The translations under genes and the position numbers were made by a program. DNA of 64,000 nt from Callorhinchus milii (Eukaryota), in NCBI RefSeq assembly GCF_018977255.1, contig NW_024704743.1:96598001-96662000 (forward strand), read 5' to 3'. Positions 63,593 to 64,000 of this stretch are shown here, piece after piece (position 1 is the first letter of the stretch; every line of letters begins with the position of its first letter). Under the pieces are notes generated by a model. It had not been told where the DNA came from and searched no databases. It saw only the letters and a program-made list of their open reading frames with translations.

Positions 63593-64000
63593 TCTCCTGA
63601 TGTCCTGGCCAGCAATCTCCCAAATAAAATTGGTCACTCACTCTATGGTTGTTTGTGGGACATTACTGTGCACAACTGGCTGCTATAATTCACCCACAAA
63701 ATATCCAGTCAATCCACTTTACAGTCTATCCTCTGAAGCACTTTGAGATGCCTCAGCAATGTAATAAGGATCTATATCGAATGCAAGACATACATTTATT
63801 ATTATTATTGTGCTAATCTGGGATTTATCCACCATTGTACAAAAGGTAAACATAGTGAAATTGCATTGCCCACATCTTTCTGCATCTGGCTTTGTTCTTT
63901 CAGCCTCATTTCTGTTCCTGTCTAGGGTAATTGTTTGATGGATTTTAGTGAAATGAGATTATTACTCACAACATTTAGATGAGGGATTTTCTATTGGTCA

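Larger units (their letters stand above)
61335..63810 (+). mobile_element. SINE family B copy split by a family A SINE and a 1.8-kb L2
   Basis: Head 61335-61405, core 61616-61762, remainder 63591-63810. Confidence 0.75.

Overview
Eukaryotic (vertebrate) genomic DNA, AT-rich and dense in retroposons. The mix of Deu-domain tRNA-derived SINEs, L2 LINEs and CR1 LINEs suggests a cartilaginous fish (inference). One protein-coding gene is supported: cfap418 (C8orf37), on the minus strand, with six coding exons (37475-37375, 33980-33881, 33299-33235, 32977-32912, 32400-32305, 31763-31610; 582 nt, 193 aa). All five introns are GT-AG and the exon phases join into one open frame. The most unusual structure is that the 101-nt first coding exon sits inside about 4.7 kb made of four different tandem arrays: a G-run array and a 14-bp GC array in intron 1, a (GGGCA)n-based array ending directly at the ATG, and a 36-bp variant-coded minisatellite further upstream. 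The rest is L2/CR1 fragments and two SINE families, often nested, plus a 212-bp hAT-type non-autonomous element with an 8-bp target-site duplication (TSD), a TIR-bounded MITE, local duplications and a template-switch hairpin. Nearly all long ORFs in the track come from repeats or decayed LINEs. I found no convincing new multi-gene system. Repeat boundaries were placed by eye and are approximate unless a TSD is cited.
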